IMG/VR virus record: IMGVR_UViG_3300037424_000485
Location: 96,001 to 160,000 of that record
Length of the DNA stretch: 64,000 nucleotides
Source: a virus
Taxonomy: Duplodnaviria > Caudoviricetes
Reading direction: 5' to 3' (one strand)
Of this stretch, positions 55,695-64,000 are shown piece after piece. The notes below the pieces were generated by a model, which was not told the origin of the DNA, searched no databases, and saw only the letters and a program-made list of their open reading frames with translations. The position numbers and the translations under genes were made by a program. Within the stretch, counting starts at the first letter, position 1. Each line of letters begins with the position of its first letter.

Positions 55695-55943
55695 TTAAAC
55701 AAATGTTTCCTTTATCCAATCCTTAATAGAAGAAATAGTTTTACAATTATCAAGAGACTCTAATTGAGAAGAAGACAATTTAAAATTAACATTCTTTATT
55801 ATCATATTACCCAATGAAGTTAAAGGATGATTACCTTTCTTTAACCACTTTATATAAAGACTCCAACCAACAGAACCCTTTTTAACCATCTTATTAGTCT
55901 CTATATTAAAAACAGTATTACTTTTATTTGTTATTTGATACAT
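55695..55943 (-). CDS. Small tail-associated hypothetical protein
   Basis: AGGAG RBS; Y..WL..GN.P pattern; last gene of the tail-fibre cluster. Confidence 0.55.
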   Translation of the reverse strand: MYQITNKSNTVFNIETNKMVKKGSVGWSLYIKWLKKGNHPLTSLGNMIIKNVNFKLSSSQLESLDNCKTISSIKDWIKETFV

Positions 55944-55955
55944 TTAATATCTCCT

Positions 55956-57311
55956 TTATACCTTATAAATGTAAGCTTTACCACTTGATAAACCACCTGC
56001 ATCGTCTTCCAGATAAGCACCAACAATTGCATAGTTGTCTGATATAGCTATAGAGTATCCAAAGCTATCACCATCACTAGTGTTATAAGCATTAGGGTTG
56101 TCTAATGTACTAAGCAAAGCACCTGTAGCTGGATTGTAAATATAAGCTTTACCACTTGTCAAGCCACCTGCATCATCTTCATAAGGAGCACCAACAATAG
56201 CATAGCTGTCTGATATAGAAACATAATATCCAAAATAATCGCCTGTTGTTGAGCTATAAGCATTAGGATTGTCTAGTGTATGAAGCAAAGCACCTGTAAC
56301 GCTGTTGTAAATATAAGCTATACCACTACCTAACCCACTAATATCATCTTCTTGATAAGCACCAACAATAGCATAAATATCTGAAATAGAAACAGAGTAT
56401 CCAAAGCTATCACCAGCACTAGTGTCATATGCATTAGGGTTGTCTAATGTCCATAGCAAAGTACCTGTAGCATTATCGAAAATATAAGCTTTACCGCTAC
56501 TTAAACCACCAGCATCATCTTCCAAATAAGCACCAATAATAGCATAGCTATTTGATATAGAAACAGAGTATCCAAAATAATCACCATCAGTAGTGCCATA
56601 TGCATTAGGGTTGTCAAGTGTCCATAATAGAGCACCTGTAGAAGAATTGTAAATATAAGCTTTACCACTACCTGTGCCACCTGCATCATCTTCATAAGGA
56701 GCACCAACAATAGCATAGCTATCTGATATAGCTATAGAGTATCCAAAACCATCAACAGCACTAGTGTCATAAGCATTAGGGTTATCTAGTGTCCATAATA
56801 GAACACCAGTAGCATTATCATAAATATAAGCTTTACCACTGTCCAATCCACCTGCATCATCTTCCAGCATAGCACCTACAATTGCATAGCTTTCTGAAAT
56901 AGAAACAGCTCTACCAAAGTTATCATTAAGGCTAGTGTCATAAGCATTAGGGTTATCTAGTGTCCATAATAGAACACCAGTAGCATTATCGAAAATATAA
57001 GCTTTACCACTACCTGTTCCGCCTATATCATCTTCAGCATAAGCACCTACAATTGCATAGCTATTTGATATAGATACAGCTCTACCAAAATAGTCATTAA
57101 GGCTAGTGTCATAAGCATTAGGGTTGTCTAGTGTGCGAAGAAAACTTATAAGTGCCTTACCATAGCCATCAGAAAGACTAATAGCACCTGTATAAACACC
57201 AAACAAATGTCTCAAATTAGCCTGTCCAAGGCTAATTAGTGTTGTTGATATTTCACTAAGCTCAGTATTTACTTGTGATAATGATATGCTTCCGCTTGCT
57301 GGTAATGTCAT
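55956..57311 (-). CDS. Tail-fibre-associated protein: TLPASG.IS N-domain plus 7 FG-GAP (integrin-alpha-like) beta-propeller repeats
   Basis: 7 x TLDNPNAY...FG.SV.IS..YAIVGA..EDD...SGKAYI. Confidence 0.85.
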   Translation of the reverse strand: MTLPASGSISLSQVNTELSEISTTLISLGQANLRHLFGVYTGAISLSDGYGKALISFLRTLDNPNAYDTSLNDYFGRAVSISNSYAIVGAYAEDDIGGTGSGKAYIFDNATGVLLWTLDNPNAYDTSLNDNFGRAVSISESYAIVGAMLEDDAGGLDSGKAYIYDNATGVLLWTLDNPNAYDTSAVDGFGYSIAISDSYAIVGAPYEDDAGGTGSGKAYIYNSSTGALLWTLDNPNAYGTTDGDYFGYSVSISNSYAIIGAYLEDDAGGLSSGKAYIFDNATGTLLWTLDNPNAYDTSAGDSFGYSVSISDIYAIVGAYQEDDISGLGSGIAYIYNSVTGALLHTLDNPNAYSSTTGDYFGYYVSISDSYAIVGAPYEDDAGGLTSGKAYIYNPATGALLSTLDNPNAYNTSDGDSFGYSIAISDNYAIVGAYLEDDAGGLSSGKAYIYKV

Positions 57312-57317
57312 TAAATA

Positions 57318-59837
57318 TTACCCTAGTTTAGATTCTAATATTTTAATTTTATTATTAAGTTCTTTTATAGCCTCTATTAATAGAGGGACTAATTTTTCAT
57401 ATTGAACAGTCATATAATTTTCACCTGATTTAGATGATATATATCCTAACTCTGCATCTCTATTAATATCAAATGGAGCTGGTTTTACTACTTGAGGGAG
57501 AATTAATTTTACCTCTTGAGCACTGATACCAACCTCTATATCATCACTCATATATCCATATGATTTTGCTATACTATTAGCAGTATAATAAAAGCCATTT
57601 AGGGTACTGATCATATCAAGAGCGTTTTCAATATTACCGATCTTATTTTTAAGTCTCATATCAGAAAAATAAGCAGTTATATTTCCAGTAGCTGTAATAT
57701 CCCCTGTAGTAGCAAAACCTGCACTGGCTGATTCTACTGTTATGTCATGAGATCCATCAAATTGAATACCACCTATAGTACGAGCTGTTTCAAGGGTTGT
57801 AGCAGTTGATGAATTACCTACAAGATCGCCGGTAAATGTTGTAGTTGTAAGTATACCGGCAGCAGAGTTAAAAGTTAAATTTGTACCTGTATGTATTTGC
57901 TGTATTCCCTCAGGACTATTAAAATATGCTACATAACAGCTAGTATCTGCACTCTCATCAAATGATGTAATAGTGATAGCATTCCCAGATAAAGATTGTA
58001 CATCTAACAGTTCTGACTGTGTTAAGTGATAATACTCACCAGGGCCTCCTCCTTGTATGCTACCAAGGCCATTATGGAGAACAGGTGTTGATGATTGCAG
58101 TAATTGGGAAAAAGGACTTTGAATTTCAGTTATATTTGAAGCACCTTGTAAATAAATTACCTTCCCTACTAATTGAGATCCTACACCTGTTGCTTCTGGT
58201 GGTAAAATTCCTGGTATCTCTGCCACTTGAGCATCTGTTAGTGTTGCGTACTGATCTTGTCCATATACAGAATATAAAGAAGATGAAGTACCTATAATTA
58301 AATAAATCCAATGAACACCGTAATATCCGGCTGTCATTGCTGAAAGTGTCCCTGTCCCGACATCAAAATAATTAACATCTATATCTGTTTGAGATGGCGT
58401 TCTTACCCAATCACCTCCCGACATATACAATGTAGTGAATGTATCCGCTGCACTAGTATCAAATGATGGATGGGTTCTTTTAATATTAGCTAAGTAAAAA
58501 ATACCAGCTGTTAGGTTCAATCTAAGAGCACTAGTACCTTCTGTTAGAACTGTACCTCCTGGTTGATGTTCATACCCATTAACAAAGAAGTCTTTTCTTG
58601 AGTTATTTGCCTGATAATTAAGACCATATTCTCTCATATCAACAATATGTAGAGTATTTTCTATTCTATTAACAATCCATATAGGAACTTTTGTATATCC
58701 AGCCTCTACAGGCACTGAAGTTTCACATGTAATTCTGGTAGTACCCATATTCCAATCAGCAAATAAATAGTTAGGTATATTATCTACCAATGATGATATA
58801 CCACCAATACCTGTAGTTCCAGATGGTACACTGAATTCTTCAAGTGATGTTGTGTATATATCAAGTCCTGTTCTTAATAATGCATTACCAGCGGATATAG
58901 TTACAGTTCCATTTCCATTATCAATAAGATCAAATCCACTAAGTGGTGTTGATGACATTACATGATCAAAATATGCCTGAACACTTGAAAGACTAGGTGT
59001 TTCTGAATGTGTTGGATAATCTATAGCTGATGTTGGCCATGTATAATATAGTATATTATCTACATTAACCTGTACACTTTCAATTTCATTTTGTAATATA
59101 ATAGCAGATACACTAAGTACATTTATATCATAATTATTAGCATCTATAGCTGCTGATAGAAAATCTGTATTTAACTCTAAAGAATATACGCTTGATGATA
59201 GAGGCATCATATCAATAATTGATTGTGTATTAGCATCTATAGCTGCTGATAGAAATGCTGTATATGCTGTTAAATAACTACCATCTACAGTTAAATTATC
59301 AATAGATGCTGATAGAAATTCAGTATTTAAATTAAGAGTATTTAGATGATTATCACTTACCAGTTTATTCCTAATAGTATCTATACTACCATCTACAATA
59401 CTATATATATTATGAGCACCTTCATTATAGCTAGTTCCTGTTACATGCTCAGTCCAAATATTTGCATAGTAGTTACTAACCACCCTATCTTTGGTTTGAC
59501 TATTATCTTTAACATCAACAGGATAATAATCAAGACTCTCATCAAAAACATCTACGTAATCTATATGACCTTTTGATATCCCTGCTTTATCCCATGCTAT
59601 TTTTATTTTTTGAGATGAATCATATCCGCCATCTTCTTGTAAATCTGCAATCCAGAATTCAAAAAATCCATTAGATAATGTTACTACTTGACCAACAGCA
59701 TCAGGCGATCCGCCATCTTCTTGATGATATATAGTAGCTTGTGTTTCACTACCTGCAAGATACACCTGTACAGTAGCACCTTCAATTGGTTGTCCTTCTC
59801 TGTTTATCAAATACTGCCATACATGTGCTCTAGCCAT
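57318..59837 (-). CDS. Tail fibre with C-terminal intramolecular chaperone (peptidase S74)
   Basis: TARTIGG..FDGS.DIT, SDMRLKNKI..I.NAL, G.SAQEV...LP..V, V.YEKLVPLLIEAIKEL. Confidence 0.85.
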   Translation of the reverse strand: MARAHVWQYLINREGQPIEGATVQVYLAGSETQATIYHQEDGGSPDAVGQVVTLSNGFFEFWIADLQEDGGYDSSQKIKIAWDKAGISKGHIDYVDVFDESLDYYPVDVKDNSQTKDRVVSNYYANIWTEHVTGTSYNEGAHNIYSIVDGSIDTIRNKLVSDNHLNTLNLNTEFLSASIDNLTVDGSYLTAYTAFLSAAIDANTQSIIDMMPLSSSVYSLELNTDFLSAAIDANNYDINVLSVSAIILQNEIESVQVNVDNILYYTWPTSAIDYPTHSETPSLSSVQAYFDHVMSSTPLSGFDLIDNGNGTVTISAGNALLRTGLDIYTTSLEEFSVPSGTTGIGGISSLVDNIPNYLFADWNMGTTRITCETSVPVEAGYTKVPIWIVNRIENTLHIVDMREYGLNYQANNSRKDFFVNGYEHQPGGTVLTEGTSALRLNLTAGIFYLANIKRTHPSFDTSAADTFTTLYMSGGDWVRTPSQTDIDVNYFDVGTGTLSAMTAGYYGVHWIYLIIGTSSSLYSVYGQDQYATLTDAQVAEIPGILPPEATGVGSQLVGKVIYLQGASNITEIQSPFSQLLQSSTPVLHNGLGSIQGGGPGEYYHLTQSELLDVQSLSGNAITITSFDESADTSCYVAYFNSPEGIQQIHTGTNLTFNSAAGILTTTTFTGDLVGNSSTATTLETARTIGGIQFDGSHDITVESASAGFATTGDITATGNITAYFSDMRLKNKIGNIENALDMISTLNGFYYTANSIAKSYGYMSDDIEVGISAQEVKLILPQVVKPAPFDINRDAELGYISSKSGENYMTVQYEKLVPLLIEAIKELNNKIKILESKLG

Positions 59838-59864
59838 TATAAACCTCTTTTTATTTCCTTATAA

Positions 59865-61142
59865 TTAATATGCTTCATTCCATTTTTCTATCTGAGCATA
59901 ACTTCCAGATCCTGTTACTTTATAAGTGGCTCCTGGCGGTACATAGAATATTAAATGTGATGTATACTCCCACTGACATCCCCAGTTGACTGCTAAATTA
60001 TTATCTACTAATGTTAGACCAGATCCTCTATTTACATAAGCATACATGTATGCATAAAATGGAGAACATGCCGCATCATGGAAGCTTACATGAACTGCCA
60101 TTACCTTTCCAGTATTATTAGTATACAAAACATCTTTTGATTTAGAAACCTCGCCTTGCCATGTACTGAAAGGAGATGATGTAGATACTTTACTGTCAAT
60201 ATATGCTTTAATACTTTGCTGAGTAGCAAGATGAACATCAGAATTAGATGCCATGTTGTCTTCATCTTTAATAGCAGTTCCAGTTATCTGTGTATTTATA
60301 ACAGGACTTGTTAAAGTCTTATTAGTCATTGTTATAGTGCCAGAGTCAACATATGCTTTAATACTTTGCTGAGTAGCAAGATGAACATCAGAATTAGATA
60401 TCATATCATCTTCATCTAATACGGCAGTTCCCGACACACTTGTATTAAGAATTGAAGATGTTAAAGTCTTATTAGTCATATTGATAGTACCACTATCAAC
60501 ATATGCTTTAATACTTTGCTGAGTAGCAAGATGAACATCAGAATTAGATATCATATCATCTTCATCTTTTATAGCAGTTCCAGTTATCCCTAATGCATTT
60601 AACTGTACATCGGTTCCATCAATACCATTATCCAACACTTTGAATGTATTATCAGAAGCATATATATCACCTCTTAACTTACCAGCAATTTGAGCATCAC
60701 CAATAACTGTTAATCCATTATAAACAGTTAAATCACCCATAGTGGCAGATACAGCTGATAGCCCTACAGTTCCAGTATAATTTGCATATAAATTATTTAG
60801 TATGTTTACATCATGATATATAGTTATTATACTACCATTATTAGCTGATAATGAATCTGTACTTACTCCATCACCATATAACTTCATCAATGTCCATCTT
60901 TGGAAACCTGTTTCATCATTAGGTTTAATATAGTATGGCAGGTCATCACCGACTGTGATTTCAAAGGGATATGTAACCGCATTGTAAAAATACATACCGC
61001 CTTCATGTTCTGTCATTACAATATCATTATCATTGATAACATCTGTTGAGATTTTATCAACAGAATATGCCGTATCAGAAGCACCAACAATATCATTAAT
61101 TAATGTATATGCCCCCATTATTTTAATAGGTGTTACTGCCAT
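59865..61142 (-). CDS. Tail fibre/structural protein with three internal repeats
   Basis: 3 x TA.(K/L)DED.M.SNSDVHLATQQSIKAY.DS; C-terminal VPPGATY.V. Confidence 0.75.
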   Translation of the reverse strand: MAVTPIKIMGAYTLINDIVGASDTAYSVDKISTDVINDNDIVMTEHEGGMYFYNAVTYPFEITVGDDLPYYIKPNDETGFQRWTLMKLYGDGVSTDSLSANNGSIITIYHDVNILNNLYANYTGTVGLSAVSATMGDLTVYNGLTVIGDAQIAGKLRGDIYASDNTFKVLDNGIDGTDVQLNALGITGTAIKDEDDMISNSDVHLATQQSIKAYVDSGTINMTNKTLTSSILNTSVSGTAVLDEDDMISNSDVHLATQQSIKAYVDSGTITMTNKTLTSPVINTQITGTAIKDEDNMASNSDVHLATQQSIKAYIDSKVSTSSPFSTWQGEVSKSKDVLYTNNTGKVMAVHVSFHDAACSPFYAYMYAYVNRGSGLTLVDNNLAVNWGCQWEYTSHLIFYVPPGATYKVTGSGSYAQIEKWNEAY

Positions 61143-61164
61143 ATATCCACTCCATTTAGCTAGA

Positions 61165-61602
61165 TCATCTCATAAGGGTATAATCAATTGATTTTTGAGA
61201 ATATGAATCTTCCTCTTCTCTTATGAATAAATCCTTTTGTTGATAGCACATGTCCTTTATTGTACTGTGCTTCTTTTGTTTTTCAATATACGCTACAAAA
61301 GCATTATAACATATCATAGTGATATAGTTGAAGATAGTACCTTTCTCTGGTTTGTAATTATGAAAATACTTAATTGTATTATGCAAACCTTCCATGATAA
61401 AATCTTCTTTGTATGTATACTGATTAAAATTTCCCTTGTTTGATAAATTTTTTGATATTTTAAATATCATCGTACCAAATTCTTCTGTAGTCTTTGCCGA
61501 TCCATATATATATTTACCTGCTGATGTGTATTGTGCAGTAAGTGTATATATATCAGCTTGCTTTTTTAAATCTTCAGGCTCTATATAATAATTATCTTCC
61601 AT
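61165..61602 (-). CDS. gp55: Late-transcription sigma factor (gp55-like)
   Basis: G.MI.KI...LS...NF..YTYK...I..G....KY..NY.PEK...F.Y.T.I.YNAF...I..QKK. Confidence 0.85.
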   Translation of the reverse strand: MEDNYYIEPEDLKKQADIYTLTAQYTSAGKYIYGSAKTTEEFGTMIFKISKNLSNKGNFNQYTYKEDFIMEGLHNTIKYFHNYKPEKGTIFNYITMICYNAFVAYIEKQKKHSTIKDMCYQQKDLFIREEEDSYSQKSIDYTLMR

Positions 61603-61651
61603 AAATTAAACTACCTCCTATAATAGTAATAATTATAATTATTATATCATT

Positions 61652-62014
61652 TTAGGTATCGTTATGTAAATTAGATCTCTGTAGAGTTCTTTCAAACTCT
61701 TTTTGTATAATTGCAAGATCATTATTAAACTCATCAATCTTACGAAAAATTCTTTCTCTCTTTTTAGTATTTATATCAAGATGATTTATATTTTCTTCTT
61801 CCTTGATATAAAATCCAAATTTATATTTTCCTTTTAATATATTTTTAAATTGTTTATTACATTTTTCAATGGTTTCAAGAATATCTATATGTTGATATTT
61901 TTTAATCACATCAACATATAGATCATCTTTTTCAACAATTCCTATATTTAAGGAGCGAAATGTTAGTTCATCTGGTGTTTTAGAAGATAGTGTTATATAT
62001 TTAAGAAATTTCAT
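61652..62014 (-). CDS. Hypothetical protein
   Basis: MKFLKYI start typical of these phage genes. Confidence 0.5.
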   Translation of the reverse strand: MKFLKYITLSSKTPDELTFRSLNIGIVEKDDLYVDVIKKYQHIDILETIEKCNKQFKNILKGKYKFGFYIKEEENINHLDINTKKRERIFRKIDEFNNDLAIIQKEFERTLQRSNLHNDT

Positions 62015-63999
62015 AATGTATCTATCTTATATATATATGTTTTACCACTGTATGTTCCGCCATCATCAGACTCGCTATAAGCACCTACGATTGCATGAGT
62101 ATTAGATATTCCTACAGAATATCCGAATCTATCACCAGCAGTAGTGTCATATGCATTAGGGTTGTCAAGTGTGTGAAGCAAAGCACCTGTAGCATTATCG
62201 AAAATATAAGCTTTACCACTATTTGTCCCATCAATACTATCTTCTCTATAAGCACCTACAATAGCATAGCTATCTGATATAGATACAGAATATCCAAACT
62301 GATCATCAGCACTAGTGCCATATGCATTAGGGTTGTCTAATGTCCATAGCAAAGCACCAGTAGCATTATCATAAATATATGCTTTACCACTACCTAATCC
62401 ACCAGCATCACCCTCTTGATAAGCACCTACAATAGAATAAGTATCTGATATAGAAACAGATATACCAAAATAATCAACAGCACTAGTGTCATAAGCATTA
62501 GGGTTGTCTAGTGTCCATAATAGAGCACCAGTAGCATTATCATAAATATAAGCTTTACCACTGTCCAATCCACCTGCATCATCTTCAGCATAAGCACCTA
62601 CAATAGAATAAGTATCTGATATAGAAACATTATTTCCAAACTGATCACCAGCACTAGTGTCATAAGCATTAGGGTTGTCTAGTGTATGAAGCAAAGTGCC
62701 TGTGATAGTATTATAAATATAAGCTTTACCACTATTTACACCTCCTATATCGTTTACTTCATAGGCACCTATAATGGTATAAGTATCATTAATTGATATA
62801 GAAGATGCAAATCCACCAGATAATGATGGATTTGTTAATGTATGTAATAAGGAACCTGTAGATGTAGTATATATATATACAACACCATTTCCAATAATAC
62901 CCCCTTCATAAGGTGTTGCAACAGCTGTATAAGTATCTGATATAGCTACAGAATATCCAAAGCTATCACCAGCACTAGTGTCATAAGCATTAGGGTTGTC
63001 TAATGTATGAAGTAAAACACCTGTTGCATTATCAAATATATAAGCTTTACCACTATCTATACCACCACCAACACCATCCTCCTCAGGAGCACCAATAATA
63101 GCATAAGTATCTGATATAGCTATAGAGTATCCAAATTTATCCCAATCTGATGTTCCATATGCATTAGGGTTGTCTAATGTTAATATAGATACCTCAGGAA
63201 CTGCTTCTATATATTCATTTGTTATCAACCATGTATCACTATAAATACAACCCTCTACAGTTACAGTAACATCATTTCTAGCAGCACCAGTAGCACTTAC
63301 TATATGAGAGAAGCCTTGACTGTAATATCCCATATCTCCGACAAATACATATGCAGGATCGGATAATGTCCATGTTAGATCACCAGAAGCTGCATCTGTT
63401 TTTACATATACAATAGCTGTTTCATAAGGATTAATAGTAAAATTAGATATAGATGTATTTATATCAATATAGGATATTCCCTCATACACTGTAGTTAATG
63501 TATTTTCTATATATACACCTGTTCCAGAGCTAACAGATATAGTCACATCTTCCCCATCAGACCCGGAACAAGATATACCTAGAGTCACAACATATAAATC
63601 TGGATTTAAAGGATCTATATAATATGAATCTGTTAAAGGGTGATATCCTGTATGAGTTTTAGTTCCAGTATCAGACCATACAACCCCCGGTAGTGTTGAT
63701 GTAATATCCCATGTCAAAACAGAAGGATGTGCATTTGTGCTTATACTTATTAATGACTCAGACCCACATTGATTTATAGGAATTGTTGTTGATGTAGCAC
63801 CATCTCCATCAACAACATCATTCCATGCTATAGTTTCACCCATAGCTGTTTTAATAACCCTGTAATGCATTAAAAAATCTACATATGGTGGTTTGTATAA
63901 ATCAGAAATGGTAGTTCTAAATTGTACTTTATCTCTACTAATGATCTCTATTGTAGCAATATCCTCATACTCAGAAGCATAATCAAGACCCCAATTCAT
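62011..63999 (-). CDS. Structural protein with Ig-like N-region and 7 FG-GAP repeats; paralog of 55956..57311
   Basis: TLDNPNAY repeats nearly identical at DNA level to the paralog. Confidence 0.82.
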   Translation of the reverse strand: MNWGLDYASEYEDIATIEIISRDKVQFRTTISDLYKPPYVDFLMHYRVIKTAMGETIAWNDVVDGDGATSTTIPINQCGSESLISISTNAHPSVLTWDITSTLPGVVWSDTGTKTHTGYHPLTDSYYIDPLNPDLYVVTLGISCSGSDGEDVTISVSSGTGVYIENTLTTVYEGISYIDINTSISNFTINPYETAIVYVKTDAASGDLTWTLSDPAYVFVGDMGYYSQGFSHIVSATGAARNDVTVTVEGCIYSDTWLITNEYIEAVPEVSILTLDNPNAYGTSDWDKFGYSIAISDTYAIIGAPEEDGVGGGIDSGKAYIFDNATGVLLHTLDNPNAYDTSAGDSFGYSVAISDTYTAVATPYEGGIIGNGVVYIYTTSTGSLLHTLTNPSLSGGFASSISINDTYTIIGAYEVNDIGGVNSGKAYIYNTITGTLLHTLDNPNAYDTSAGDQFGNNVSISDTYSIVGAYAEDDAGGLDSGKAYIYDNATGALLWTLDNPNAYDTSAVDYFGISVSISDTYSIVGAYQEGDAGGLGSGKAYIYDNATGALLWTLDNPNAYGTSADDQFGYSVSISDSYAIVGAYREDSIDGTNSGKAYIFDNATGALLHTLDNPNAYDTTAGDRFGYSVGISNTHAIVGAYSESDDGGTYSGKTYIYKIDTL

Positions 64000-64000
64000 A

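Noticed and set aside
345-62277. Numerous short antisense ORFs in the six-frame track (for example 345..599, 5822..6163, 13165..13704, 42250..42636)
   Set aside because: They are shadows of well-supported genes on the opposite strand, with no RBS or motifs.

Overview
This window is a 64-kb slice of a large, AT-rich, T4-like (jumbo-type) tailed phage genome. It holds the replisome (gp41 helicase, gp44/gp62 clamp loader, gp45 clamp, a two-piece gp43 polymerase, gp32 SSB), an HU protein, a ThyA-family gene, the gp55 late sigma factor, RNA repair enzymes (RtcB, Rnl2-type ligase), a tRNA/ncRNA cluster at about 34-43 kb and tail-fibre/FG-GAP genes at the right end. The main candidate novel system is a complete phage-encoded ubiquitin-like conjugation cassette at 12.3-17.1 kb: Ubl ending ...DVAG-M, an E2-like protein, a ThiF/E1 and a JAB protease. 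Other signals follow. (1) The catalytic YIDTDS motif of polymerase fragment B is interrupted by an 11-nt gap with a matched-codon/stop/hairpin layout suggestive of ribosomal bypassing. (2) Several integron attC-like sites are present, and one cassette is inserted at a GTT in a decayed copy of the polymerase 3' end. (3) A naturally split intein lies in the clamp loader. (4) Nine otherwise unrelated small proteins share a C-terminal (I/V/L)P(E/D)x(L/M/F)Fx(M/I/L) motif. (5) Several tRNA-like and other structured RNA candidates sit in the tRNA cluster. All calls come from reading the sequence by eye; no database searches or folding programs were run. Several 1-nt frameshifts in homopolymers could be assembly errors.
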